Origin: Carcharhinus amblyrhynchos
Taxonomy: Eukaryota
NCBI GenBank assembly: GCA_965287045.1
Contig: OZ336877.1
Location: 8,122,001-8,186,000, forward strand
Length of the DNA: 64,000 bases
Direction: 5' to 3'
Position numbers and translations under genes: made by a program. The notes below the pieces were generated by a model. That model was not told the DNA's origin and did not search any database. It worked only from the letters and a program-made list of their open reading frames with translations. Shown in pieces: positions 62,801 to 64,000 of this stretch (the stretch's first letter is position 1; each line of letters starts with the position of its first letter).

Positions 62801-63049
62801 TATCAATATCTATTACGTACATTAAAAATGTCTATCTTTCCGAGGCATAGGTATATAACCTATTCTTCTCTTCTACTTTGAAATTTGATCACGTCACAGT
62901 CTCATCACCCGAGAGCCGAGAAGCCTCATTCACGCCTCAACCAATGCTGCTGCTGCCAAGGAGATTTTCAACAAAAGGCAAAGGCAAAGGCAAAAGGCAC
63001 GTCCTTCAAAAATAATTCACGCAATCTCAAGGTTAAAAATCTTTCAAAA

Positions 63050-63780
63050 TAAGAGGCATAAAGGCATACACTTTAGCAGAGGCCCTTCAATCCATTGAAT
63101 CTGCATGAACAAAACTACACTAATCCCACTTTCTCGCACTTGGCCCATAACCTTGCTCATTCTAATTGCTCATTCACATACTTTTTAAGGGTTTTGAGGT
63201 TTCCCGCCTCTACTACCCTCTCAGGCAGTATATTCCAGACTCCCACTATGTGGGTGAAAAACGTTTTCCTCAAATCACCTCCAAATCTCCTGCCCTTCAC
63301 CTTTAAATTATACTCTCTCGTTATTGACCCTTCAACTAAGGGGAACAGTTGTTCTCTGTCCATACAACTCATAATTCTATACACCTCAATCAGTTCTCCC
63401 CCCTCAGCCTCCTCTGCTCTAAAGAAAATAACCTGAATCTTTCCAGCCTCTCTTCATAGCTCAAATGCTCCACCCCAGGCATCCTGGTGAATGTCCTCTG
63501 CACCTTCTCTCGTGCAATCACATCCTACCAAAAATGAGGTGAATAGAACTGTACATAGTACTCCAGCTGTGGCCTAACCAAAGTTTTATACACCTTTAAC
63601 AGAACCTTCCTGCTCTTATAATCTATATTGTAACCGATAAAGACAAGTGTCCTGTATGCCTTAACTACCCTCTTAACTGTTCTACCTTCAGGGATTGTGA
63701 ACAAAAACCCACTGTTTCCTCTGAGCTCCCTAGTGTCCCGTCATCCATTGAGTACTCCCTTGTCTTGCTATTCCTCGTCT
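63050..63780 (-). mobile_element. CR1 LINE 3' end
   Basis: ORF 63157..63384 (REQLFPLVEGSITR...LKVKGRRFGGDLRKTFFT..VGVWNILPERVVEAG). Confidence 0.85.
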
Positions 63781-63863
63781 TTAGACTAAGACATTAGGAT
63801 TACTTGCCTTAACTGATGTTGGGATAATTTACAAAATGGCCTTTGATCTTAACTGGAACGTAC

Positions 63864-64000
63864 CTTCACAGATGTTGCCCAGCCAATAATGAGCGTTATG
63901 TTGTCTTTCCAGCAGAGGCTGCAAAGGTACATATCAGGACGAAAATTTATATTGTCTCGAGATATGTTTGTGATTCGTTGCTTTGAGCTGGCATCATATA
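63864..64000 (-). CDS. VPS41: VPS41 exon (~9), truncated by window edge: YDASSKQRITNISRDNINFRPDMYLCSLCWKDNITLIIGWATSVK
   Basis: Translation matches the WD40 region; donor AAG|gtacgt, phase 0. Confidence 0.95.

Larger units (their letters stand above)
2224..64000 (-). other. VPS41: VPS41 gene, partial (20 internal coding exons, approx. exons 9-28 by human numbering); upstream exons and last exon outside window
   Basis: Spliced minus-strand exons translate in one frame and match recalled vertebrate VPS41 colinearly (e.g. RPDMYLCSLCWKD, KDVFQLIHKHNLFSSIKDKIVLLM, FITGLLNNIGTHVDPILL, VVVFHCRHMFHKDCLP). All introns are GT..AG with compatible phases. Exon numbering is inferred. Confidence 0.97.

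Noticed and set aside
2224-64000. U12-type or non-canonical introns and intronic snoRNAs in VPS41
   Set aside because: All donors are ordinary GT without the GTATCCTT signature. No convincing C/D or H/ACA structure was seen; the CTGATGA hits fit hammerhead cores better.

Overview
This is eukaryotic genomic DNA from a cartilaginous fish. The repeat content (HE1/V-SINEs, SacSINE1-like DeuSINEs, CR1 LINEs) points to a shark, possibly a houndshark or other carcharhiniform; that assignment is inference. The window lies inside one minus-strand gene, VPS41 (HOPS tethering complex subunit). I traced 20 consecutive coding exons (63864-64000 down to 2224-2303), each with GT/AG ends where visible and consistent phases. 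They cover about residues 194-828 of the human-equivalent protein: the end of the WD40 propeller, the TPR/CHCR region and most of the RING-H2. The upstream exons and the last exon fall outside the window. The introns are packed with decayed CR1, L2, RTE and Rex1/Babar LINEs, several SINE families, a Harbinger Myb/SANT remnant and a Penelope-like element (PLE). The most interesting non-routine signals are: (i) short palindromic PLE-derived elements carrying minimal hammerhead-ribozyme cores, one apparently intact at 41494-41529; (ii) a PLE with inverted pseudo-LTRs and an internally flipped RT segment; (iii) V-SINEs with one head/core but two different LINE-like tails; (iv) inverted SINE pairs bracketing frame-preserving exon pairs. 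All family names and human comparisons come from recognition by eye and recall, not from database searches. Most supplied ORFs are spurious or repeat-derived.
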